Shown one piece after another: positions 46,700 through 56,058 of a DNA stretch of 64,000 bases; within the stretch, counting starts at the first letter, position 1; each line of letters opens with the position of its first letter. Made by a program: the position numbers and the translations under genes. The DNA is taken from contig NZ_OZ245930.1 of NCBI RefSeq assembly GCF_965229905.1, positions 2,407,327 to 2,471,326 of the forward strand, written 5' to 3'. This DNA is from Hyphobacterium sp. Lineage in GTDB: Bacteria; Pseudomonadota; Alphaproteobacteria; Caulobacterales; Maricaulaceae. The notes beneath the pieces are model-generated. The model did no database searches. It was given only the letters and a program-made list of their open reading frames with translations, and was not told the DNA's origin.

Positions 46700-48193
46700 A
46701 TGCTAAGCCGTCTTTTTATATTGGCAGTTTCCTCCATGGTCGTGCTGTCCGTGGCCATTCCGGATGCCGATGCGCAGCGCCGCAATCGTAACCAGGACGA
46801 GCAGGGCAGCAATGCCGAGAACCGGACCATGTCGGCCGCGATCGGCGAGCCGGTTCTGGCCGCGCAGGAATGCCTCGATGCCGAGAATTATACTTGCGTG
46901 ATCAACTCGTTGACGCCGCTTCTGAACGGCGAAATCAACTCCTTCGAGCGGTTCGTCATTCTGCGGATGCGCGGCGTGGCCTATTACAGCCAGGACCGCA
47001 CCGAGCAGGCGATCAACGACTTCCTTGGCGCGGTGAATACCGGTATTGCGACGACCGATGAAGAAGTGCAGCTGCGCCTCAATGTCGGTCAGCTCTACAT
47101 CATTACCGAGCGCTATTCGGAAGGCATCCGCCAGATGGAATTGGCGGTGCAGGCCGGTGCCCAGCTGACGCCGAACCTGGCGCTGATGCTGGCCCAGGCC
47201 TACGCCCAGGCCGAGCGTTATACCGAGGGCCTGCGCTACGCCGAAATGCAGTATAACATGGCCAGTCCGCGCGAGCGGCGGAATTACGACATGCTGCTGT
47301 TCTATTACCAGCAGCTGCAGCGGGTTCCCGACCAGCTGCGCCTGATCTCGGACATGGTTGAGCGTTGGCCGGCGGATCGCAATATCTGGACCTCGCTGGT
47401 GGCGCTGATGGCGCAAACCAACAATGAGTCCGGCGCGTTCGAAGCCAACAAGCTGATGTATCTCAACGGGATGCTCAATGAAGAGCGGGAATTGGTGCGT
47501 CTGGCGCAGTATTACAGCTACTTCGAATATCCCTATCGCGGAGCCGTGATTCTCGAGCGCGAAATGAATGCCGGGCGTGTCGAGCGCACCCGCACAAATC
47601 TGGAAGTCCTCGCGAATATGTGGCGTCAGGCACGGGAATTCGACCGGGCGATCCCGGTGCTGGAAGCCGTCGCCCGACAAGGCAGCGGCGAAGATTATCT
47701 GCGTCTGGCTGAGGCCCTGTATGAAGAAGAGCGTTTCGCGGAGGCCGAGACCGCTTTCGAATCGGCCATTAGCCGCGGCGGACTTAATCGCCCGGGCGAT
47801 GCCATCGCGCTTCTGGGCACGGTCCGCTACGACCAGAACAATCGGCAGGGCGCTTTGCAGGCTTTCCGCCAGTGCGGGCAGTATTCCTACAGCCGGCGGA
47901 CCTGTAATGGCTGGGTCGAGTTCATCAGCAATGAGATCAATGCCGAGCGGCAGCGCGCCGAGCTTCGCGTCCGCGTGAACACCGAAGAGTGCCGCAACAC
48001 GGTGCGTGAAGCGATCAATCTGGTGACGATCACGGGTAACGAGTCCGACTTCGATGCGGATGGCAATGCCATCATCGACGTGCCGGAGCGCTGCCAGGGT
48101 TTCTTCAATGAACGCGGTGAACAGATCGGCGGCTATGGCTTTACCGCCGCGGCCGCTGACGAAGGCGAGGCAGACGGCGCCGACGCCGGCTGA
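46700..48193 (+). CDS. Secreted tetratricopeptide-repeat protein (TtpD-like)
   Basis: Signal peptide and multiple TPR-like helical repeats. Its position after tonB matches Ttp/TonB2 clusters. Confidence 0.75.
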   Translation: MLSRLFILAVSSMVVLSVAIPDADAQRRNRNQDEQGSNAENRTMSAAIGEPVLAAQECLDAENYTCVINSLTPLLNGEINSFERFVILRMRGVAYYSQDRTEQAINDFLGAVNTGIATTDEEVQLRLNVGQLYIITERYSEGIRQMELAVQAGAQLTPNLALMLAQAYAQAERYTEGLRYAEMQYNMASPRERRNYDMLLFYYQQLQRVPDQLRLISDMVERWPADRNIWTSLVALMAQTNNESGAFEANKLMYLNGMLNEERELVRLAQYYSYFEYPYRGAVILEREMNAGRVERTRTNLEVLANMWRQAREFDRAIPVLEAVARQGSGEDYLRLAEALYEEERFAEAETAFESAISRGGLNRPGDAIALLGTVRYDQNNRQGALQAFRQCGQYSYSRRTCNGWVEFISNEINAERQRAELRVRVNTEECRNTVREAINLVTITGNESDFDADGNAIIDVPERCQGFFNERGEQIGGYGFTAAAADEGEADGADAG

Positions 48194-48218
48194 TCCTGAT
48201 TTCAAAGGAAAGACATCA

Positions 48219-48247
48219 AACCCCGGTCCGCGGACCGGGGTTTTTTG
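48219..48247 (+). terminator. Rho-independent terminator
   Basis: Perfect palindrome CCCCGGTCCGCGGACCGGGG (48221-48240), followed by TTTTTTG. It lies 25 nt after the TPR gene stop. Confidence 0.75.
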
Positions 48248-48346
48248 TTGGCTGGAAATGGCCGCGGCAGCGTCGCGGCTTCGCCGCATTCTTACGGAAT
48301 TGTCATCTGCGGGGTTGAGGGGGCGCCTTGGAAGGGGAGCGCCCAA

Positions 48347-48958
48347 ATGCAGCGTTTTTTACGCACATCCGTGAGCCTGCCGCTGGCCGGCCTGATCACC
48401 TTTTCGCTGGCCATGCTGATGACCTATCTGATCAGCGTTGAAGGCGAACCGAAGCCCGCCGGCGAAGAGCTTGTCGTCGAGCTGTTTCCCTATGTCGAGC
48501 GGGTCGATCCACCCGGCCGTGTATCCATTGAACCGGTCGATGCGGTCGAGCCGCCACCGCCATTGCCGGTGATTCCTGTCGAGACCGCGGGTCCGCCCGA
48601 TGACGATTTGACGATTGTCATCGGCGAAGTACCTGATTTCGCGGATCCGTCCATCGACGGTGCGCGGTTTCATCGCCGAATCGCCGATCAGGATGAAATG
48701 CCGGTGGTGCGCATTCCGCCGGTGTATCCGAACCGGGAAGCGGAACGCGGGATCGAAGGGCAATGCACGGTCCAGTTTGATCTCAACACGAACGGACAGC
48801 CGTTCAACGTCCGCAGCGGTGCTTGCGCGTCGCCCGGCTTCGCCCGCGCGTCGATACAGGCGGTCCAGCGTTGGCGCTATGAGCCGCGGGTTGAAAACGG
48901 CCAAGCGGTCACGCGCTCGAATATGAGCGTGACGCTGGATTTCACGCTGAACGACTAA
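48347..48958 (+). CDS. tonB: TonB family protein (second copy)
   Basis: ATG 48347 follows GGAAGGGGAG. TM anchor, Pro-rich tract (EPPPPLPVIPVE), and a TonB C-terminal domain (PPVYPNREAERGIEGQCTVQFDLNTNGQP). Confidence 0.8.
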   Translation: MQRFLRTSVSLPLAGLITFSLAMLMTYLISVEGEPKPAGEELVVELFPYVERVDPPGRVSIEPVDAVEPPPPLPVIPVETAGPPDDDLTIVIGEVPDFADPSIDGARFHRRIADQDEMPVVRIPPVYPNREAERGIEGQCTVQFDLNTNGQPFNVRSGACASPGFARASIQAVQRWRYEPRVENGQAVTRSNMSVTLDFTLND

Positions 48959-48969
48959 GCGAAAGGGCA

Positions 48970-48995
48970 GGGGCGGCCGCGCCGGCCGCCCCTTT
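48970..48995. terminator. Hairpin between convergent genes (possible bidirectional terminator)
   Basis: GGGGCGGCC-GCGCC-GGCCGCCCC followed by TTTGG. It lies between the tonB2 stop (48958) and the ptrB stop (48999). Confidence 0.5.
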
Positions 48996-48998
48996 GGT

Positions 48999-51257
48999 CT
49001 ATTCCGCCGCGGCGGTGCTCAATTCGGCAACCTCGGCATCGGCAAGGCCTACCGTCATCAGCGCGAATGCCCAGTTCTCGGCGGTTTCCCGCAGACTGTC
49101 GAAACGGCCGGAAGCGCCGCCATGGCCCGCACCCATATTGGTGCGCATCAGGGTCAGACCATTGTCGGCGCGCGTCGCGCGCAGGCGGGCCGTCCATTTG
49201 GCCGGCTCCCAATAGGTGACGCGCGGATCGGTCAGGCCGGCGGTGGCCAGGACGTGCGGATAGTCGATGGCTTCGATATTGTCGTACGGGCTGTACTCCG
49301 CAATCGTGTCATAGGCTTCCGGATCTTCGATCGGATTGCCCCATTCGGGCCATTCCGGCGGGGTCAGCGGCAAGGTCGGATCGGACATGGTATTGATCAC
49401 GTCCACGAAGGGCACGGCCGCAATCGCTCCAGCAAACAGGTCCGGCTGCAGATTGATCGCCGCACCGACGAGCAGGCCACCTGCCGATCCGCCATAAGCG
49501 ACCATGTTGCCGCGCGAGGTGAAGCCTTGTGCGACAAGCGCCTCGCCGGCCGAGACAAAATCGCGGAAGGTGTTGATCTTGTTTTCGAGCTTGCCGTCGA
49601 GATACCAGCCATAACCGCGCGCCTGACTGCCCCGGATATGCGCTATGGCATAGATCATGCCGCGATCGACCAGCGAGAGCGGTGTCACCCGGAAGGCTGC
49701 CGGAATGGTAATGCCGTAGCTGCCATATCCGTAAAGCATCAGCGGTGCGGTACCGTCGACCGGCGTGTCGCGGTGATAGAGCAGGGTGACCGGAATTTGT
49801 TCGCCATCATGGGCGGGTGCCATAATGCGGCGCACAACATAGTCCGCCGGATCGTGACCGGACGGTATTTCCTGGCGCTTGCGCAATTCTCGCTCACGCG
49901 TGGCCATGTCGTAATCATAAGTCTCTTCCGGCGTCGATGGCGATTCATAGCTGAAGCGCATTGTATCGGTCGCAAACTCGAAGCCGGCGTCCACGCCCAG
50001 CGAATAGGCTTCTTCCGCGAAGGCAATGGTATGTTCCTCACCGCTTTCGAGATGGCGAACGATAATGCGCGGCAATGCATCCTCGCGTTCGACCCGGACC
50101 ATCCAGTCGCGGAAACCCAGCAAGCTAGTGACCAGCGTGCCGGGGCGGTGATCGATCACCGTTTCCCAGTTCTCGCGCTGCGGTGCATCGATCGGCGCGC
50201 GCATGACCTGAAAGTCTACCGCACCGTCAAGATTCGTGAGGATGTAGAAGCCGTCACCGGTCTCGGTCAGCGAGTATTCGACATCGGTCTCACGCGCCGA
50301 GACCAGGATGGGATCGCTCGCCGGATTATTGGCATCGATCAGGCGCACCTCGCTGGTCGTGTGACCGGAGGTCGAAATCACGACATAGGTGTCGCCCGCC
50401 GTATTGCCGACATTGACGAAAAAGCCGTCATCCGGCTCGTCATAGACGAGTTCACTATCCGCTGCGCCGCGATCCTGGCGATAGACGCGCTTCGAGCGCC
50501 CGTTGGCATCGCGCCAGACCCAGAACAGGGTCGAGGAATCGTTCGCCCAGGCGAAATCACCCGTGCTTTCATCGGTCAACGTGGCGATGTCTTCCCCGGT
50601 GGTAAGGTCGCGGATCCGGATTTCGTAATATTCGGAACCCCGCGTATCGACGGACCAGGCGAGATAACGGTGGTCGGGGCTGTGCGCGATCGTTCCGAAA
50701 TCGAGGTATTCGATGCCGTCTGCCTCGACATCGCCATCGAGCAGGATCTGTTCGGCGTCTTCCTCCGGCGAGGCCGGGTCGACGGGGCGGCGGGCGAAGA
50801 CCGGGTACTGCCCGCCCTCGCGGAAGCGGGTGTAATACTCAAATTCGCCGTCGCGCTCGGGCACCGAGCTGTCGTCCTCGCGGATGCGGCCGCGAATTTC
50901 CTGGAAGATACGTTCCTGGAGCGCCTCGGTCGGCGACATCACCGCGTTGTAGTAGGCGTTCTCCGCCTCCAAATGGGCGCGGATGTCGGCCTGCAACACC
51001 GAAGGATCGCGCATGACTTCCTGCCAGTTATCGTCGCGCAGCCAAGCGTATTCGTCGGTGCGGGTGCGGCCGAGCTGCTCAATGGTGAGCGGGCGTTGTT
51101 CGGCGGTCGGAGCGCTGATCTGCAGCGCACGATCAATCAGGGTCATTTCGGGCGTCTCTATGTTGGCGTCGGCCGCGGTACCGGTCTCGTCGCTGGCAGG
51201 CTGGCTGCAAGCCACAAGCAGCGACAAGGCAGCGAGGGCGGGCAATTTGCGAAGCAT
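48999..51257 (-). CDS. ptrB: S9 family serine peptidase, oligopeptidase B-like lipoprotein
   Basis: Lipobox (SLLVACSQ). N-terminal beta-propeller and a C-terminal catalytic domain with GGSAGGLLVG (Ser) and GAGHGG (His). GGGAGGAAG RBS before ATG 51257. Confidence 0.9.
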   Translation of the reverse strand: MLRKLPALAALSLLVACSQPASDETGTAADANIETPEMTLIDRALQISAPTAEQRPLTIEQLGRTRTDEYAWLRDDNWQEVMRDPSVLQADIRAHLEAENAYYNAVMSPTEALQERIFQEIRGRIREDDSSVPERDGEFEYYTRFREGGQYPVFARRPVDPASPEEDAEQILLDGDVEADGIEYLDFGTIAHSPDHRYLAWSVDTRGSEYYEIRIRDLTTGEDIATLTDESTGDFAWANDSSTLFWVWRDANGRSKRVYRQDRGAADSELVYDEPDDGFFVNVGNTAGDTYVVISTSGHTTSEVRLIDANNPASDPILVSARETDVEYSLTETGDGFYILTNLDGAVDFQVMRAPIDAPQRENWETVIDHRPGTLVTSLLGFRDWMVRVEREDALPRIIVRHLESGEEHTIAFAEEAYSLGVDAGFEFATDTMRFSYESPSTPEETYDYDMATRERELRKRQEIPSGHDPADYVVRRIMAPAHDGEQIPVTLLYHRDTPVDGTAPLMLYGYGSYGITIPAAFRVTPLSLVDRGMIYAIAHIRGSQARGYGWYLDGKLENKINTFRDFVSAGEALVAQGFTSRGNMVAYGGSAGGLLVGAAINLQPDLFAGAIAAVPFVDVINTMSDPTLPLTPPEWPEWGNPIEDPEAYDTIAEYSPYDNIEAIDYPHVLATAGLTDPRVTYWEPAKWTARLRATRADNGLTLMRTNMGAGHGGASGRFDSLRETAENWAFALMTVGLADAEVAELSTAAAE

Positions 51258-51324
51258 CTGGCTTCCTCCCAAATTCGAATTGACGGCACTTTACTTCGCG
51301 CGCCGCAAATGGCCATCGCGCTCA

Positions 51325-52563
51325 TCAGGTTCGGCGCCGCACGGACAGGATCGGCGTGAAAACGGCGATCAGTCCCAGCACGATCGCCAGTCCTGCCATT
51401 GGAATCAGAACCGATTCGCGAGGTCCGAGCGCGGCAACGACAAAGCCCATGATCAGCGCGCCCATGGGCATGCCGCCAAACAGGCCAAGCTGGTAGACGG
51501 ACATGATCCGCGCCATCATTTCCGCCGGCGCGTTTTCCTGTACGACGGCGCGGCTCAAGGAAATGGCGACGCCGGCGCCCAACCCCCAGAAAAAATCGAG
51601 CGCATAAAGGCCGGCGAGCGGGATCGGCAGGGCAAGTCCGCCGAGGCTGATCACCGTCACCAGCTGGGCCAGCATGACGGCCCGGCCCGGACGATCGATA
51701 TGGCCGAACTTGGCCAGCAGCGCATTGGCGATGAAGGCACCGATCCAGAACACTACCAACAGGCTGGATAAGGTGCCGTAGCCGGCGCCGTAAACGTCGC
51801 GCACGAGGACCGGTATCACCACAAAAAAGGCGCCGCCGACGACGAAGAATCCGACGGCCACCATGATCGATGTCATTGACGCGATGACCGGCGATGCCAA
51901 CACGGTTCGCACGCCGTCGACCAGATCCTGCAGGGCGTGGGTCGCCTCGGTCCGTTTGGCTTTCAGGCGTGGCAGTCCGGCCGTTGCGATGACGCCCAAC
52001 AGAAATCCCGCGGCCTGCAGGAACAGCAACAGGCCCGGCCCGGTCCAGCGGGCGAGATAGCCCGCGCCCATGCCGGTGATTTGTCCGGCGAATTGGACGA
52101 GGGAGGCGATCACCACAGCTTTCTGCAGTGTCAGCACGCGGCCCGACCGGTTGGCGATCCGGACCACGGCGTTGATGGCGGAATCGCGGGCCGGCAGCAC
52201 AAAAGCGCCGCATAAGCCCACCGCGACCGCATAGCCGATCAGCAGCCAGTAGGTCAGGGCGCCGGATAACAGCAAGGCGCCCAGAATGGCAGCCAACGCC
52301 GCAGCCAAACCATAGAAAATGATGAGAATGCGCCGCCGGCCGCGGCGTTCCGCCAGCACGCCTGCGGCTGGCAACAGGAACAGCATCGGCGCGGTCAGGG
52401 CCATTTGGGCCAGCCCGAGGCGTTCGGGGGATTCTGCGAGCGTGAAATAGACGATGCCCGGAAACAGGGTGGTTTGCAGGCCGAAGCCGAAAAACCAGCC
52501 CGCCACGATCACCAGATAGGCGGCAAAGGGTGCTGGGCTCTGTCCTGTCGAGCTGTCTGTCAC
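51325..52563 (-). CDS. MFS transporter
   Basis: About 12 TM segments and an MFS loop motif (LAERRGRRRILI). Start proposed at GTG 52563, preceded by GGGGGGCGGA. The longer ORF extension is Arg-rich and lacks TM segments. Confidence 0.75.
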   Translation of the reverse strand: MTDSSTGQSPAPFAAYLVIVAGWFFGFGLQTTLFPGIVYFTLAESPERLGLAQMALTAPMLFLLPAAGVLAERRGRRRILIIFYGLAAALAAILGALLLSGALTYWLLIGYAVAVGLCGAFVLPARDSAINAVVRIANRSGRVLTLQKAVVIASLVQFAGQITGMGAGYLARWTGPGLLLFLQAAGFLLGVIATAGLPRLKAKRTEATHALQDLVDGVRTVLASPVIASMTSIMVAVGFFVVGGAFFVVIPVLVRDVYGAGYGTLSSLLVVFWIGAFIANALLAKFGHIDRPGRAVMLAQLVTVISLGGLALPIPLAGLYALDFFWGLGAGVAISLSRAVVQENAPAEMMARIMSVYQLGLFGGMPMGALIMGFVVAALGPRESVLIPMAGLAIVLGLIAVFTPILSVRRRT

Positions 52564-52690
52564 TCCGCCCCCCAGCGAAAACCTGACGACCACTAGAGCA
52601 GCCTTTCGCGGTGGTGCAAGGCGGCAGGGCACCGCATACGCTTGTTTAACGTCTTGGCAGGCATTTTGACCGCCGGAAACGGACGGACCG

Positions 52691-53791
52691 ATGGGCCAGG
52701 CAGAACCGCTCACCTTAACCGAAACCACCGCGGCGACCGGACGTGCGCGCTCGGTGCTGGCCAAGCGGCTGGCCGATATCATTTGCCTGCCGTCCAGCGT
52801 TATCGGGCCACAGGAACGGTGGATTGTCGGCGATTTGCTGCACGAGATTCTCCGGAACAGCGATGCGGCGATCCGCCGGCGCTGCGCGGAGCGGCTGGCG
52901 GAAATCAAGGACGCGCCGGCCAATATCGTGAAGCTGCTGGCAGCGGATACCATCGGTATTGCCGCGCCCCTGCTGGAGCATTCGGAAGCCTTGTCGGATT
53001 TCGATTTGATGGAGGTCTGCCGCCTGGGAAGCCTCGATCATCGGGTGATGATCGCCAGCCGCGAAACGGTGTCCGAAACGGTGTCCGCGACGCTGGCCTC
53101 CGTGGGCGAACCGGCAGTCGTCACTGCTTTATTGCGTAACGACCATGCGCGGCTTGCGCCGCCGACGGTCTCGCATCTGGTCTCGCTTGCCGAGGATGAG
53201 CCGTCATACGTCAAACCTTTACTCAAGCGCGGCGAGTTGCGGCCGCGGGCGGCGCTGCAGCTGTTCTGGTTGTGCGACCATGAAAGCCGCAAGGCCATCC
53301 TCAACCGGTTTGCCGTCGGGCGTACGCTGATGATCGAAGCGGCCGAGGATGTGTTCGGCTTCGCCGCCGAAGAGGGCTGGAACGATCCGCTGGTGAACCG
53401 GGCTCTGAAATTCGTCGACCGGCGGCAGCGGAACCGCCAGGCGGGCGAAGACAGCGCATACGGGTCGCTGGAGGGGGTGATCGCCACCATGCGCAGCGAA
53501 GGCCCGACGCCGGCGCTGGTCGAAGAGCTCGCCCTGCTGGCGGGAATCAGCGACGCGTTGGCGGAACGTGTCTGCGGCGATCTAGGCGGCGAACCGGCGG
53601 CGATCCTTTGCAAGGCGACCGGCGCGGACCGCGACGTGCTCAACACATTTTGCGAGGCTTTCCAAGGCCTTGTCGGCGGCGGTGGGCGCGATCGCGCCTT
53701 CCAGATCTATGATGGCTTGTCGGTCGAAAAGGCACAGACGGTGCTGCGGTATTGGGACCTTTCGAAGGCGGCTGAATCCCGCTCACGCTGA
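52691..53791 (+). CDS. Conserved hypothetical helical-repeat protein (DUF2336-like)
   Basis: Helical repeat pattern and length resemble the alphaproteobacterial DUF2336 family. Assignment is from memory. Confidence 0.6.
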   Translation: MGQAEPLTLTETTAATGRARSVLAKRLADIICLPSSVIGPQERWIVGDLLHEILRNSDAAIRRRCAERLAEIKDAPANIVKLLAADTIGIAAPLLEHSEALSDFDLMEVCRLGSLDHRVMIASRETVSETVSATLASVGEPAVVTALLRNDHARLAPPTVSHLVSLAEDEPSYVKPLLKRGELRPRAALQLFWLCDHESRKAILNRFAVGRTLMIEAAEDVFGFAAEEGWNDPLVNRALKFVDRRQRNRQAGEDSAYGSLEGVIATMRSEGPTPALVEELALLAGISDALAERVCGDLGGEPAAILCKATGADRDVLNTFCEAFQGLVGGGGRDRAFQIYDGLSVEKAQTVLRYWDLSKAAESRSR

Positions 53792-53899
53792 CCCATCTGC
53801 TGCCATGTGCACGAATCCAGTCGAGATACTGGTCAAGCCGGTTGGCCATCGTTAAAAGCTCCCAACGAACGCGTCCGCGGCGGAGTTTCGGGAGGACTT

Positions 53900-54382
53900 A
53901 TGATCTACGGGGTGAGCCTGAGCCTGGTGCTGGCGCTGCTGTGGTGGGTGCTCTCGGGCTATGACAAGATTGTCCTGCTCTCCTTTGGCGCCGCGAGTGT
54001 TGTGATCGCGATGATTCTGGTGCTCCGGATGCGGATCCTCGACCGCGAGACGGCACCGTTTCTGCGCCTTGGCACTTTGATCCCTTATTACACATGGCTT
54101 GGCAGCGAGATCGCCAAGGCCAATGTCGGCGTCGTCAAGGCGGCCCTCAAACCGGAAATCGATATCACGCCGCGGCTGGTGCGCGTGCCGGTGGAAGCCG
54201 ATAGCGACCTGGCGCGCTGCGTTTTCGCGAATTCCATTACACTGACGCCGGGCACGGTGACGGTCGAGATCGAGGATGACGCCTTTCTGGTGCACGCGAT
54301 CGATGGCAGCTTCACCGCGCCGGAAGGCTTTGCGGAAATGAATGCGAAGGCCGCGCGCGCCACCGATGGAGGCGCGTCATGA
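53900..54382 (+). CDS. mrpE: Mrp/Mnh/Pha antiporter subunit E
   Basis: ANSITLTPGTVTV motif. GGGAGG RBS before ATG 53900. Confidence 0.8.
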   Translation: MIYGVSLSLVLALLWWVLSGYDKIVLLSFGAASVVIAMILVLRMRILDRETAPFLRLGTLIPYYTWLGSEIAKANVGVVKAALKPEIDITPRLVRVPVEADSDLARCVFANSITLTPGTVTVEIEDDAFLVHAIDGSFTAPEGFAEMNAKAARATDGGAS

Positions 54383-54696
54383 TGGATTGGGTGAATCTGG
54401 CCGGCGTGCTGTCCATGGCGCTGGCGATGGCGATCATGCTGGGGCGCCTGTTCGCCGGGCCGACGCTTTATGACCGGGTCCTGGCCGCGAACTCGTTCGG
54501 CACCAAGACCGTGTTGCTGCTGCTGATCTTCAGCCTGCTGGTTGGTCGCGGAGATGGTGTTGATATTGCTTTGCTTTATGCGCTGATCAATTTCATCGCG
54601 ACGATCGCGATCCTGAAATTCTTCCGCTATCGCTCGCTGGAAATCGCACTCGCACAGATGTCTTTGCGGCGGGCGATTGATGGGGAGGACGAGTGA
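54379..54696 (+). CDS. mrpF: Mrp/Mnh/Pha antiporter subunit F
   Basis: Three-TM protein with GPTLYDRVLA. 4-nt overlap with mrpE. Confidence 0.8.
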   Translation: MMDWVNLAGVLSMALAMAIMLGRLFAGPTLYDRVLAANSFGTKTVLLLLIFSLLVGRGDGVDIALLYALINFIATIAILKFFRYRSLEIALAQMSLRRAIDGEDE

Positions 54697-55055
54697 TGGA
54701 AGCGCTGCTCCTGATCCGCGACATTGTCAGCATCGCGCTGATGGCCACCGGCATCATTTTCGTGCTGGCCGGGGCGGTCGGCGTGGTCCGTCTGCCGGAT
54801 TTCTACACACGGATCCATGCGGCCGGCGTAACCGACACGCTGGGCGCGGAGTTGATCGTGCTGTCGCTGATCCTGCAAGCCGGCTTCACGCTGCTGGCGG
54901 CTAAGCTTCTGCTGGTCGGTTTTATCCTCTTCCTGACGAGCCCGACCGCCACGCATGCCGTTGCGAATGCGGCGCACCGGGCCGGGCTCAACCCGCTCCT
55001 GTCGCGGCATCAGCCGAAGCACCCGCGTGACGCGGACACTGAGGAGGCGTCGTGA
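54693..55055 (+). CDS. mrpG: Mrp/Mnh/Pha antiporter subunit G
   Basis: RLPDFYTRIHAAGVTDTLG motif. 4-nt overlap with the upstream gene. Confidence 0.8.
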   Translation: MMEALLLIRDIVSIALMATGIIFVLAGAVGVVRLPDFYTRIHAAGVTDTLGAELIVLSLILQAGFTLLAAKLLLVGFILFLTSPTATHAVANAAHRAGLNPLLSRHQPKHPRDADTEEAS

Positions 55056-55618
55056 CCGAGTTCGACTGGACGCAATTGCTCGACTATGCGCTGATGGCGA
55101 TGCTGGTCAGCGTCGCCATCGCGATCGTGCGGCTGCGCAATTTGTTCGCTGCCGTCATGCTGATGGGCGTTTACAGCCTTTTGTCGGCGGCTTGGTTCGT
55201 GTCTTTGGACGCGGTTGACGTAGCCTTCACTGAAGCCGCTGTCGGCGCGGGGATTTCGACCGTGCTGATGCTGGCGGCGATGCTTCTGACCGCGCGCGAA
55301 GCCGACCCGGTCGGTGCGGGGCGTCATTGGGCGGCGCTGATCGTGGTATCCGTCACCGGCGCAGCGCTGTTTTATGCGGTTGGCGACATGCCGGTCTATG
55401 GCGACATCAATTCGCCGGCAAATTCTGGACCTGGCATGGATTACGTCACCTCGACGCCGAGCGAAGTGGCGATCCCCAATGTGGTGACCGCCGTTCTGGC
55501 CAGCTATCGGGGTTTCGATACATTCGGTGAGACGGTCGTGATCTTCGCGGCCGGCCTTGGTGTCATGCTCCTCTTGGGCCTTCGCGGCCGCAAACCCGGC
55601 CAGGAGGACAAGCCGTGA
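55052..55618 (+). CDS. DUF4040 / MrpB-N-terminal-like membrane subunit (MbhD-like)
   Basis: DVAFTEAAVGAGISTVL motif and multiple TM segments. 4-nt overlap with the upstream gene. Confidence 0.75.
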   Translation: MTEFDWTQLLDYALMAMLVSVAIAIVRLRNLFAAVMLMGVYSLLSAAWFVSLDAVDVAFTEAAVGAGISTVLMLAAMLLTAREADPVGAGRHWAALIVVSVTGAALFYAVGDMPVYGDINSPANSGPGMDYVTSTPSEVAIPNVVTAVLASYRGFDTFGETVVIFAAGLGVMLLLGLRGRKPGQEDKP

Positions 55619-56058
55619 CCCCGCATCTCGTTCTCCGCGTTGTTTCGAAACTGCTGATCCCGCTGATCGTCGTTTTCGGCCTCTACGTCCATTTCCATGG
55701 CGATTACAGCCCGGGCGGGGGCTTCCAGGCCGGCACGATCGTGGCCGCGGGTGTGATCCTCTACGCGCTGATTTTCGGCGTCAGCAACGCCCGCAAGGCG
55801 GTGCCGCCGGTGTTCGTGAAATTCCTCGCGGCGTTCGGGGTGCTGCTCTATGGCGGTACGGGCGTCGTCTCGTTTTTCATGGGCATGAATTATCTCGATT
55901 ATGACGCGCTGCATCCGGACCAGGTCCACAAGACCGGCCAGCATATCGGCATCATCCTGATCGAGCTCGGCGTCCTGACCACGGTGTTTTCCGTCATGAT
56001 GATGATTTTCTATGCGTTTGCCGGCCGCGCGCCCGACATCCCGGAAGAGGAGTGGTGA
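55615..56058 (+). CDS. mrpB: Mrp/Mnh antiporter subunit B
   Basis: HGDYSPGGGFQAG motif. Four TM segments. Confidence 0.8.
   Translation: MTPHLVLRVVSKLLIPLIVVFGLYVHFHGDYSPGGGFQAGTIVAAGVILYALIFGVSNARKAVPPVFVKFLAAFGVLLYGGTGVVSFFMGMNYLDYDALHPDQVHKTGQHIGIILIELGVLTTVFSVMMMIFYAFAGRAPDIPEEEW

Noticed and set aside
46703-48346. A 547-aa minus-strand ORF opposite the TPR gene.
   Set aside because: Shadow ORF. The plus-strand product has a signal peptide, TPR-like periodicity, a good RBS and the expected position in a TonB2 cluster. The antisense translation is low-complexity and Arg/His/Gly/Ala/Ile-rich, with no recognisable domain.
41659-48958. A possible genomic island integrated at the tRNA-Pro/tRNA-Gln pair, carrying the TonB2 cluster.
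   Set aside because: I saw no integrase, no recombinase, no direct repeat of a tRNA 3' end, and no obvious compositional shift. TonB2 clusters are normal chromosomal content.
49122-51359. A 745-aa plus-strand ORF opposite the oligopeptidase B gene.
   Set aside because: The minus-strand product carries the S9 catalytic motifs (GGSAGG, GAGHGG) and a lipobox. The plus-strand frame is Arg/Gly/Ile-rich without motifs.
51158-52213. A 351-aa minus-strand ORF in an alternative frame over the MFS transporter gene, plus the 542-aa N-terminal extension of the MFS ORF (to 52953).
   Set aside because: The alternative frame is extremely Arg/Pro-rich. The N-terminal extension has no TM segments and no start context, whereas GTG 52563 follows a G-rich RBS and gives a normal MFS protein of about 412 aa.
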